In this document: positions 52,855-64,000 of the stretch, one piece after another
How positions within the stretch are numbered: position 1 is the first letter of the stretch
How the letters are laid out: every line of letters begins with the position of its first letter
Origin: Ruditapes philippinarum
Taxonomy: Eukaryota
Reading direction: 5' to 3'
Assembly: GCF_026571515.1 (NCBI RefSeq)
Contig: NW_026860085.1
Coordinates: 124,001 to 188,000 of the forward strand
Length of the DNA stretch: 64,000 nt
Made by a program: the position numbers and the translations under genes
Notes under the pieces: generated by a model
Databases searched by the model: none
Seen by the model: only the letters and a program-made list of their open reading frames with translations
Told to the model about the DNA's origin: nothing

Positions 52855-53992
52855 AACTAGAAATGTGTCCAAAGGACACAGGTGCCCACACACTCCACCA
52901 ATTTGTCAATCTTATGTCTCTAGGTCAAATTTATTTTTTGGCTACATGTGCCCAAGTTGAAAACTAGAAATATTTTATTAAATAAAGGGCAAATACCACA
53001 AATACTGAATAAATCCACAAGAAAACCCCAAGGTGCATAAGTACACATGCTGACCAACATTCTTGTAAACTTTCAGGCCTACAGGTCATAAACTTTTTGA
53101 GTTACGTGCAACACAAGTTAAATATTGTAAATTTTTACTAAGTCAAGGGCAATAACTCTAATACAATATTAAAAATACCCACACGAAAATACCCAGGTGC
53201 GCAACTACACATGCTGAGCAACATTCTTGTAAGGTTTCATGACTCTAGGTCAAATACCTTTTTAGTTACGTGCGACACAAGTTGAAAATTGGAATTTTTT
53301 ACTAATTCAAGGGCAATAACTTTAAAAATACTAAAGATATCCACACGAAAATACCCATGTGCACAACTACACATGCTGAGCAACATTCTTGTAAGGTTTC
53401 ATGACTCTAGGTCAAATACTTTTCTAGTTACGTGCGACACAAGTTGAAAATTGCAAATATTCACTAAGTCAAGCGCAATAACTCTAAAAATGCTAAATAT
53501 GTCCACACGAAAATATCCTGGTGCATAACTACACATGCTGAGCAACATTCTTGTAAGGTTGCATGCTTCTAGGACAAATACTTTTTTAGTTACGTGCGAC
53601 ACAAGTTGAAAATTGGAATTTTTTACTAATTCAAGGGCAATAACTCTAAAAAAACTAAATATATACACACGAAATTACCCAGGTGCACAACTACACATGC
53701 TGATCAACAATCCTTTAGTATTCATGACTCTAGGTCAATTACTTTTTGAGCTACGTGCGACACAAAAAGGGAACGGACGGATGGACGTTCCAACATTTTG
53801 GGTTTAGGGGCTATTTTCTTTGTTATTTTCTTTGTTTTCTTAAGGGCTACTAGCCCATAAACCCTTTGATCACGGAATGAACCTATTGCTCTCTTTTGTT
53901 CTCTTTACATTTACATAGCCCCTAAGCTCGGATGGACGGACAGACGGACGGACATGGGTAAATCTAAATGCCTCCCCATAGTGGGGTCACAA
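52855..53992. mobile_element. Second Helentron-associated element with ~162-bp tandem array
   Basis: Same termini, repeat unit and (ggac)n tail as 15788-16940; carries a ~140-bp insertion within the ggac tract. Confidence 0.85.
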
Positions 53993-56737
53993 AAATGAGG
54001 TAACAAGTTTGTCTAACATTCACTCAAGGTTTTCCCTAATTTTGGAAAATCATACGGCAAAATATAGGTAAAAAACGAAAGCGCCTGAAACAATTTTTTT
54101 TTATTCTTCTGATGTAATTTATTGAACGAAGCTCTTAAACATGAACCGCGAAAACATGGGAAAAAGGTTAATAAACTGAACGAAACAGTCAAAAAGATTA
54201 ACTCGCCAAAACAGTTATTCAACAATTTTTAATAAAAATGGGCGAAATTAACGCACTGAAAAACAATTATTAAAGAATATTTGCACAAACTGAAAGGAAC
54301 TATTAATAAGTGTTAAATACGAGGAGGACAGTTTTTAGGGAGTTAAAATTTGAACGGAAGAGAACTGTAAGAATCGAACGCTTCAGTTTAATTTACTGTA
54401 AATGGTACCGAACTAAAAGATGCAGCTCGACACATATAATTATTTTAGCAGGTGTCGCTGCAGCAACAACAACGTTAATTATGACGTTTCGAAATCATTT
54501 TAGTTTTTAAAATCATTTTAGTTTTTATTCTTTTTTCTTTTTTTAATTTCATATTCTGTTTGTGAACTTTTGCATTTAAAACTTTGTTTTGATGTTAAAT
54601 GTTGAAAGCTTGAGGCACATCGTCGCGTGTGGTTTGCCTGAAGTGACATATGTTACAAGGAAGTATGGTAATGAACCTGATATGCACATGGAAATTAATT
54701 TAAATTCATAAAAATTCAAATTCGGTTAAAACCAGTTAGGGCAAAATAAATAACCAGCTTTTTCAAGGCTACAAAAAATGTGTAATTTAGAATAACATGA
54801 GCTGACGTTATTTAACGCGACGTTAATATATAACGCCAACGTAATATTTGACAAGGGTTGTCTTTATTTTAAAATCTAACGTAAAGAGGAATAAGTCGTC
54901 TTGACATAGTATATTTAAACATTACTTGTAAAATTACGTAACAACGATTTTATTTCTAAATACATGTATATATAGATAGAAAGCTCGTAATTTAATGTAA
55001 GCGTTATTTATGCATGAAAATTAGTCTACAACTTGTTTATTATCTTTTTTAAAAACACACACAAATAATTCCTTTATTTTGACAACTGATTTCAAACATT
55101 TTGATTTTTTCTTCATTTCGAAATACTCATTACATAAAGTCTAATATAAATATATAAGAAAGAAAAGTTGGACTAACATATATGTATACATGGTGAAAGT
55201 TATATATAAGACATGTTATCTAAACAATATATCAACGTACGTAAATGCAAAAACGCACAAAAACGTATAAAACTTCGTTAAACGTTCCTACGTACGTATT
55301 AGATGTCCTGTAAGTAGGTCACAATGCAACAAACTGTATAATAGAGGTCGTTATTAAAGTATGTTATTTTTGTTTTCCCGCGATTTTATGAATGGGGACA
55401 TTACTTCATTACGCTCTTAGATAATTACACAATTTGAATATCGAGTTTATATGACAAAAAGAAAAAGACAAAAACAAGAAGATAGATTGTATCTAAAACA
55501 AATCCATAAAAAAGAAAGTTTTCCATGAATTTGTAAAGCAAAAAAAAATTAGATTACTTAGAACCTATGCAATGTTTATCTCTTTAAAATTGAACAATTC
55601 AATTCTAAATAAAACATAAAGATAATTACTTCTGATCTGAATACATAAATTGTAAATCTATCAGTTAAGAACAGTTTAGATTGATATATATCTATAACCA
55701 TAACCCGAATAAAGTACAAAATGTTAAAATTTATGACTTCAATTGTCTTTAAATGATTACAAAATGTATAAGTTACATTGTAAATGGCGTACTGTGGAAT
55801 TTTAATGTGTTTTCGTAGAGAAAATAATCCGCTAAAAATGACATATTACCCCTGTCAACCGCACATTACCAGTGACCATTTCAAGAGAATGACCGCGCAC
55901 TGGATACAATTGATCTCTTTTTTATGTGTTTCACTAATGAACGCTCGTAATGCTATAGAGCACGTGACCTCTTGATCAGGAAAGCACGAGAGCGTTGATA
56001 CGTATGACAACTTTTCGTTTAAAGTCAAACAACAACAAAATTTAACTTTTCAAGTTTATTTATTTCTTTGTAATAAAATATGTCACTGACATTTTCATAA
56101 ATATCACAAAATACGAAACAACGCAAAATCTTAAACCATAAAATGTTAAATTTTTTTTTACAAAGGTCATTGAGAATCTTTGTGGTATATTAAATGAAAT
56201 AAATATATTTTAATTAACAATTTACCTTACAAAAACATAAAACATAAATGATTTGTGTCTGCGTGAAAAAAAGCCTCTGATTAATTCATACCATTATCAT
56301 GGTTATGAACTTATAACGCAACGAAAAAAAGCCAACGAAAGTCCAACAAAAGTACAAAAAAACATAAATCGTGCTTGTACCTTTAGAGGGAAGCATTAAT
56401 ACACCCTAGTCATGTTTTATAAAGTGATTTGGGAAATCAACAAAAAAAATGGAAGGAAATGTATAAATGATGTTAACACGTCTATTTGTGATGTTACGAA
56501 ATGACAATAATGATATTGATGGACGACCAAGTTAATAAAGAAAAAAAATAATGATATTATGAGGTAAATAAATATTTAAACGTCCAGCGTTTACTTGAGA
56601 AAAAAACATACAAAAATAAAGCAACGAAATCTCTCCATGACTATAACGTGAATGTACATTCATGAACAATAATAATTTATCAATAAATACCACGACACAA
56701 TCTTGAAATTGTCCTAGTGTCTAGAACTAATATTTGT

Positions 56738-59091
56738 TCACGAAGCTTGCAGTTTCTTATTCTTTCTGGCTAACCGTCGGGATTTCCTTGACCCTTTCTT
56801 TGAGTTTGAACTTGGCTCTACAAATGGCGTTAATAGATCTGAGAAAAGTGCATTAATTAAAGTGTCAAACTTTCTCAACTTATTAACTGTGTTCTTGTCC
56901 ATCGACTGGCCGTCATTAACGGCATTTAGCCAGGATTTGGTGTTAAAGTACATTTTGTCCAAGTCTTTATCAATGACATCGAAAATATTGTTGTCTTTAA
57001 GCATTCCTATTTGATCCTGTCCAAGTGGCACTTCTTTTAATTTATTCAACCTTGTATTCTTGGAATTGCGTTTTGGTTTAGAATTGTCACCAAAACCAAG
57101 TTGACTGTTCCACCAATTTAAAGATTCGGCGTCGTCGCCAGTCATCCAGAAATTCCAATCATCATCGAAGTCATCACTGTCATCACTGTCAGAGTCATCA
57201 TCGTTTTCCAGAAAATTCCAAAAGTCGTCAAATTCAAAATCGTCGTCTGGAAAGAAGGGAAAGAATCCAGGTGGCGTAGTTGCTGGAACGGATGATGACG
57301 TCATTGGGGATGAAGTAGTTGACGCCTGTGATGTAGTTGATGATGTTAACGGCTGCTGCGTTGTCGGTGCGTTGGTAGTAGGATTTTGTGTAGTTGGATT
57401 GTTTGTTGTTAATGATTCTGTTGTTATGGTTTCCGTTGTTTGCCTTGTCGTTGACGAGGTATCCGTGGTTGTCGGCATCTCAGTGGTTGTTGTCGTTTTA
57501 GTTACAGGATCTGTTGTTACAGCTACATCAGATGTTGTCGCGGCAGGTGTTGGAATTTCTGTTGTTGATGGAATATCTGTAGTTGTTGTGGAAATTTGTG
57601 TCGTCGTCATGGGCACCTGCGTTGTCGGAATATTTGTTGTTGTTGTCGTTGTTGGTATTTCTGTAGTTGTCGTAGGCACATACTTTGTTGTTGTGGGAAT
57701 CTGCGTTGTTGTTGTCGTAGTAGGTAATTGTGTTGTTGTTGTTGTTGTGTCGGTAGTTGAGTTGTTGTTGTCGTTGTGGGAAATTGTGTTGTTGTTGTTG
57801 TTGTTGGTAGTTGCGTTGTTGTTGTTGTGGTAGGTAATTGTGTTGTTGTTGTTGTTGTTGGTAATTGCGTTGTTGTTGTTGGCATCTGCGTTGTTGTTGT
57901 TGGAAATTGTGTTGTAGTAGTAGTAGTTGGAATCTGCGTTGTTGTTGTTGTTGTTGTAGTTGGACTTTGCGTCGTTGTTGTTAAAGGAATATCTGTTGTT
58001 GTTGTTGGAGCTACTGTAGTTGTTGTTGTTGTAGTATCATCGATTTCTGTAGTGACACTGTTAGTTGTTGTGGCTGTACCATCAGTGGTTGTATGCCACG
58101 GGAAAGTCGGAATCTCAAACGTTATATCGCCATTCAGTTTAATCGGTGTAGTGGTTTCCTGCGTCGTTTTCGGGGTAGGAAACTCTGGTATTGGGAATCT
58201 TATATCTCCTCTAGCAACAGATGGCGTTTCTGTGACAGTACTGAACTCGCCGACTGGTATACCTCCACCGTTTGAGACAGGATCTGGTTTAATGTTGGTA
58301 TTTTGCGGTCGTCTGCGACCAACGAAAGTTTCCAGGTCGATAAGATTCTGTTTATTTATGCTAATCGGTATTCCTTCAACACGTGGAGGTATTGTAGCTG
58401 CATAACTACACGAAATACATAATATACCTGAAATACAAAAAATATTTACATACATTAATTTACAGGTAAATGTCAGTAAGGCGGTACAATGTTTTAAAAA
58501 TAATGATCATCGCGACGTTGACAAACGTTTATTTATTATCTAAAGCTAGTCGTGAGGATTTTTTTTTTTTTTATTTTTTTGCTTTCATTCGCTCACATCT
58601 TGGAAAAAAACCTTTTTATTTTTAACGTAACAATATTCTTTAAATATAGATATTCTCCGGTAAACTATTAAAGAGCTACAACAGTAGATAAAATTGATTT
58701 ACATTAAAGATCCCTAGATACACAAAATCATGTTTTATTTCTTACGATAGAATATACCAGTATAAAGAAGAGGTTTTTTTTTTATCACAATATTCAAAAC
58801 GAGTATAAAGCCATTTTTTTATTTGAACGGTTCGATCAAGTTGTGTGTTTATTCGTCTTAATATTTTCAATATCTTTATCNNNNNNNNNNNNNNNNNNNN
58901 NNNNNNNNNNNNNNNNNNNNNNNNNNNNNNNNNNNNNNNNNNNNNNNNNNNNNNNNNNNNNNNNNNNNNNNNNNNNNNNNNNNNNNNNNNNNNNNNNNNN
59001 NNNNNNNNNNNGTTTTTTAACTTAAATTTGGTTTTCAAAATTGTGTACATAAATAATATCACTTACCAATTAATACTCGAAATATCTGCAT
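56738..59091 (-). CDS. Gene D: secreted Thr-rich mucin-like protein with an Asp/aromatic block and basic tail, 2 exons
   Basis: Exon 1 59091-59067 (MQIFRVLI) splices in phase 1 to exon 2 from 58427 (GILCISCSYA|ATIPP...). Poly-Thr repeats contain a frameshift near 57750 (probable assembly indel), followed by FFPDDDFEFDDFWNFLENDDDSDSDD...KSRRLARKNKKLQAS*. Confidence 0.82.
58881..59011. other. Assembly gap (N run)
   Basis: Run of n inside the gene D intron. Confidence 1.
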
Positions 59092-59139
59092 TGTTTTGTA
59101 TGGAAGGCTTTTGTTCCTTTCTTGTGCCTTTAGTTGTAA

Positions 59140-59182
59140 TGTAATGATACTAATGGTGAAGATATCACGTCTTATATATACA
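59140..59182 (-). promoter_or_regulatory. Candidate TATA box plus initiator for gene D
   Basis: Minus-strand TATATATAAG about 30 nt upstream of an Inr-like TCATT, which lies ~55 nt before the ATG. Confidence 0.5.
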
Positions 59183-59552
59183 AAAAGGGCGCGCTATTTT
59201 TATGATTTTTATATCGTGTCTTCTCATTGACTCCCACAGGTCATTAATCAGACTAATTAGAAATTTGTGTATGAAAAATTGACATTTATGACGAGCCACG
59301 CGCAAAATTTTGGACCGAGGTCATCCGTTGGTGATTTTCGTGTCACTGTAGTGAACAAATATTCGATAATTGACTGACTACGTTCCTATGACCACTTTAA
59401 CATACGGTAAAAAGAGAAAGGGGAAAGCTAGTGATGATTAAGTTGCTTTAACTCCATTTTGTTTTGATATACTGGTGGATTTTAATATACAATAACCACT
59501 ATGAATGTAAGGCCACATGCACTGTATAACTATTATCTGTGTGATGCACACT

Positions 59553-59746
59553 TCTACAATTGTGAAAACGCGATTGGACGATGAAACAATAGTGAAAACG
59601 ACATGATACGATGAGACGATGGTGAACACGAGATGGTGCGGTGATGAAAATACGATGACAAGATGATATAATCGTTATAGCATATCGAGATTTCACCATC
59701 GTATTTTCATCATCGTTCCAGCGAATGTCCGCACGGAACACCGTAG
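59553..59746. repeat. Degenerate MITE remnant with (acgatg)-type subrepeats and a TACGG-type right end
   Basis: Repeated acgatg/catcgt in inverted arrangement, ending gaacaccgta. Confidence 0.45.
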
Positions 59747-61855
59747 TCAGATCAGTTCACAGTTACCAACAGTGAGAAAAGGTATTTGTTGAGGAGAAGG
59801 ATGGGGATTGGTAGATGACTTGATGATGACGTGTTAACCGACCGTAAAATATTGCTTTCACCATACACCTATTAATAACAAATACAATCTAAAATCTTAT
59901 ACATACTTGCCATTGTTTTTCACTTATTTTATGAACTTTTCATAACTAAAGTATGTGAGTTTATATTTTTTACGCAAAAACTTTGTCAGGCCCCTAAAAA
60001 AATGACGTGATCGAAATATGACGAATTTAGAAAAAATAAACAAACAAATAATACGGCACAGTATTATTATTTACAACAAATATATCATATGATATGGTAA
60101 ATGTAAGTAATATCGATTTATAGCCAGTAATTCACCAAATCAATTATTAGACTATTTAATTAAAATGTACATCTACTCTTTAAGATGTTTAAAAGTTCAA
60201 AAAAGAATTTTAAATAAGTTTTATTTAATAAGACATATTTTTAGATATTGGCGAGCTATCAACAATGCAGTACAAAGATCTATCGTCTGTAAAAATTCTT
60301 ATATAATTTGATAATAATATCCAAACTCAGTTGTGACATATTTCTGAAAATAAGTATTATTGAAGGAGGTGGCTTAGTGGTTAAGGTGTCTGCCTCCAAC
60401 TGGGGATCGAACGTATAGTGGTGCGATACTTTTTTAAGCGAACCATATTGCGCTATAACGTTCAGTAGAACTACTAGTACATGTATTTCATAGAAACAAA
60501 TTTTAATCACATTGTATAAATGTTTTGTATTGTGAAAAAATCTGGAATGTTTAAATGTTGTTTAGCATGGGTTTTATTTTAGATTGATTTTAGTTATAGA
60601 TTCTTCACCGGTATTCTGCATGCAATTTACATGTAATACTATAGTTCATTACTTAATCAAGTACAATATAGCTGCCCGTTATCAGTTTTGCCGAGGGATA
60701 TAAGCCCCTGAACCTGAATAAATATTTCATAACTTAAGTCTGGAAGGAATACAGATATATAAATAAATTTTCTGTTTATTGTTGATCGCGTCGGTGGGAC
60801 ATTAACTAACGAAAGGGGTCAATTTTTAACGTTTTAATTTGATCAAAATCCATTGAAAAAAATGACCCATAGGTCAATTTTTAACGGGGTAAAAATTTAT
60901 TGTTACACCTCACTTAATCAACTATTTGTCCAAGTTAATAATATTTTATTATTTCGTTAACTTTAAGTATCAGAACGTTTTGTAGAACAAATAACTATAT
61001 GAATTTAATTTGTTTATGTTACTTTAAACTCTTTACGCATCTTAAAACCTAACCTTGGAGTTTAATAAGGTTTTGTTTCAAACATTCTTTACCGATTAAC
61101 TAAGGCATGTCTTCTTTAAACACACAAATAAAAATATCATCATTGTCTGACAGAAAAACAAGCAGCCGGTATCACGCAATAATTTATTTAGGGAAATACC
61201 TCCTATATCAAATACATTATTTGCTAGTATATGTCTTTCTTTAGGTAGATCCAAATTATAAAATATATTAAACCATCAGGCGAAAAAACCAACAATCGCG
61301 GCTATTATCCATTTACCAGTTTAATAGATCAAACTACACACAGTGTCCACCAACTTATTTATCAATTAATATCAAATTTCTCCAATTAGGTATACACGTT
61401 CCAAAAACGCGATTCTGAAAACAAATACTGTTTTCAAAGTATAAACACTAATTAGAAACCAAGCCACTAAGCCGCTGGTCCGTACCTAGTCTATTGTTCC
61501 GAGACCGTACCAACTGAAGTTCGATACTCCACGGGTATTTTAAGCCAGTTAACAATGTTTGCATTGTTTTATGTATGTGTTTACTTTAAACAAAAGATCA
61601 TCTAGGGAATATCATAAACAATTTTTTTAATATAGTTGTATTTAAAGTTGGGTAGACATACCTGTAACGCATTTTAAAATGACGAGAACATGTCTTTGTG
61701 AATTGGAATTTGTTCTTATGACACGGACAGTAATGCATTTTGATAGATAAGATGAATATTAAAGCAGACGTAATATTCACTGGAGTATTCTTTATGTATT
61801 CTTTATCTACATGGAGTTAAATATGTGCAAATAATTTCGTAACCATTACTAGTAC

Positions 61856-64000
61856 ATGGGTTTAGCACAGTCGAAAATGGCACCTCAAACACCACCGACG
61901 TCTAAGACTCAACACTCAGTGACCACAAAGACTCACGTCTCCCATCCGACGTCAAAAACACCGACACATCCTGTAGCGAAGACGCCAATTCATTCAGGAT
62001 CGAAAACTCCGACGTCAAAACCCGGTTCTAGAAATGGTTTACCTCCAGCGCCCCAGCTTACTGTGATAAAATACAGCATCGATATTGATGTACTGAAATG
62101 TCCCGTGTGTCTGGAAGTGTTTAAATCACCGAGAGTAATATCGTGTGGTCATTCCTTATGTGTGGAATGTCTAAACTCTATCATCTTATATACAGAATCA
62201 TCAAAAATTAAAGACTATTTCCAGTGTCCAGTGTGTCATAAAAACACCAAACCACGAGATATACGTGCAATTCGCCAAAAATGGGCACATCAGTTCCCGG
62301 TTAATTCTGTAATATTGCGTATGTTACGAAATGCCACTGTAAAGAACACAACAGATAATGGTGTACACAAAGCGTTTTGTGAAGTTTGTCTTGTAAACAA
62401 TCAAACACGGCCAACAACTTCCTACTGTAACAGCTGCTTGGAACATCAGTGTGAAGTGTGTGCCGGACATCACAAAATACGCGAAGAAACGAGGGATCAT
62501 GACGTCATTACCTTTGTCGTAAAAGAGGAACCGACTGAAAAAGTAGAACACGTCACTAAACCGGAAGTACAACGCAAACACCGTGCACATAGGAACATCC
62601 ATGGCGATGAAAATGACCGACGAGTTAAATTTGATGCGTTGCGTGACGGGCGTTTGGTACCGTTAAGTCCAGCAGTGGTAGCCCAGACTGTTACGACGGC
62701 AGATGGTTTTACAGAGAAAAATATCGTCAAGTTAGGTTTCTTTAACGGGAACGCGCCAAATGACTCAGCAACTTCTGACTTTCGGGCAGTAACATTCCTC
62801 ACAAACAATAAAATCGTGGTGGCTGATCATGCAAACAAAAAACTGAAGTTGTTTGACATTTCGCATAAAACTCGAGTGGAACTTATCACAGATTTAAACA
62901 TCCGCGCGGACCCAAGTCACATGTGTCGGGTGGATGAAAACACTGTAGCTGTAACCACTGAAAGAGCTAATGTTTTTCACATACGTCTGTTTACAATAAG
63001 GGACAAAATATTTCATTTTGTTCACCGTACTGTAGATAGCGTGCCTCTAGGAGTGAGCTATATAGATAATACTTTCGTTTGTTCATTTCTAGAACACCAA
63101 GCTTTATCTAAATATCGTCTTACAAAAGCACAACAGCGTAAGGTCGGCATAATAGCCCATGATCGCTCAGGAAACGACCTGTTTCACCACCCCGGGGCTA
63201 TGACCTTGGGAACTTGGGAGGGTATGCCTGTAATCTATATCGCGGATGAAACCGAGTACGGTGTCACCGTAAATGCAATTGATCTTCATGGTGACAAAAA
63301 GTCGTCAGTTTTCTTTGAATGTGCGTTTCCAAAGCCAAAAAGCGCAAAGAAAACGTCTAGCGGAACGTCTAAATCCGGACGTACAAATAGAACACGGAGT
63401 TCTTCTAGAGCACCTAGAAAAGAAGACGCTTCTGATACTATAACTGAAAATACACGGTCAGTCTATAAAAGTCAGAATACTAAAGATGTAAGGGGTAGTG
63501 AAAGGAAGTCTACAAGTCATTCAAGAGACAACCCCGCCGAGCGACTTAGTGGTCGTCATACATTCAGACGTGTAGACGACTTCGGTCGGACAGTAGTTGA
63601 ACGTCGTGGTGGTAGAGAAATTGAACGTCCATCTATGCCATCGGCATTGAAAAGTGAGCTGTCAATTGACCTAAATAAACTGACACGAGATGACGACTTG
63701 AATGAAACTATCGGGAAAACAGCGAGCAGAAGGTCTGCCACAATTGAGAGTAAAGCAGTGGCGAGAGCTCAAAAGAAACCGGTCGGCAAAGTTCTACCGC
63801 AAACGAATGGCTCAAACTCAAAAGCGTCTGATAAAGCCTCCAGCGACAACCCAGAATCTACAATAAATTTAAACTCAACGATAACATCAAATTCCACTGT
63901 TGGAACTGTAACATTTGCAGCTCCACCGAAACTTGTGTATCGGGCAGACAGTATTGCTGTCGACCACGGTGGTAACATTTACGTCTGCATGTCCAGCTGT
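61856..64000 (+). CDS. TRIM-like E3 ubiquitin ligase: RING (C3HC4), single B-box, NHL-like propeller; partial at right edge
   Basis: One frame of >=715 codons (absent from the ORF track because no stop is reached): CPVCLEVFKSPRVISCGHSLCVECL...FQCPVC; WAHQFPVN; CEVC...YCNSCLEHQCEVCAGHH...H; IVVADHANKKLKLFD; IAVDHGGNIYVC. Confidence 0.9.
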   Translation, partial: MGLAQSKMAPQTPPTSKTQHSVTTKTHVSHPTSKTPTHPVAKTPIHSGSKTPTSKPGSRNGLPPAPQLTVIKYSIDIDVLKCPVCLEVFKSPRVISCGHSLCVECLNSIILYTESSKIKDYFQCPVCHKNTKPRDIRAIRQKWAHQFPVNSVILRMLRNATVKNTTDNGVHKAFCEVCLVNNQTRPTTSYCNSCLEHQCEVCAGHHKIREETRDHDVITFVVKEEPTEKVEHVTKPEVQRKHRAHRNIHGDENDRRVKFDALRDGRLVPLSPAVVAQTVTTADGFTEKNIVKLGFFNGNAPNDSATSDFRAVTFLTNNKIVVADHANKKLKLFDISHKTRVELITDLNIRADPSHMCRVDENTVAVTTERANVFHIRLFTIRDKIFHFVHRTVDSVPLGVSYIDNTFVCSFLEHQALSKYRLTKAQQRKVGIIAHDRSGNDLFHHPGAMTLGTWEGMPVIYIADETEYGVTVNAIDLHGDKKSSVFFECAFPKPKSAKKTSSGTSKSGRTNRTRSSSRAPRKEDASDTITENTRSVYKSQNTKDVRGSERKSTSHSRDNPAERLSGRHTFRRVDDFGRTVVERRGGREIERPSMPSALKSELSIDLNKLTRDDDLNETIGKTASRRSATIESKAVARAQKKPVGKVLPQTNGSNSKASDKASSDNPESTINLNSTITSNSTVGTVTFAAPPKLVYRADSIAVDHGGNIYVCMSSC

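Overview
AT-rich, intron-containing eukaryotic DNA. The SINE, MITE and Helentron-type repeats and the TRIM style suggest a bivalve mollusc, probably a venerid clam (inference). Hand-built spliced gene models: RBM42 (+, 2321-9610); ATP synthase subunit g (-, 14341-18160); a secreted ~788-aa protein with acidic/His-rich repeats and a Thr-rich linker fused to a divergent RBP4/ApoD-like lipocalin domain (+, 21287-32901); three tandem minus-strand paralogous secreted genes A, B and C (~34577-50840); a secreted Thr-rich/Asp-rich/basic-tail gene D (-, 56738-59091); and a so-far intronless RING-B-box-NHL-like TRIM gene running off the right edge (+, 61856->64000). Genes A-C share a module I do not recognise, C-x19/20-C followed by a phase-2 intron, and each has a 123-nt exon. 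The five adjacent secreted low-complexity genes look like a lineage-specific extracellular-matrix cluster (shell, periostracum, mucus or adhesive) and are the most interesting feature here. Introns and intergenic DNA hold LINE fragments, tRNA-derived SINEs and many non-autonomous DNA elements with readable TIRs and TSDs. There are two N gaps and several homopolymer-error-rich stretches that cause apparent frameshifts. All family assignments come from recall of motifs, not from database searches.
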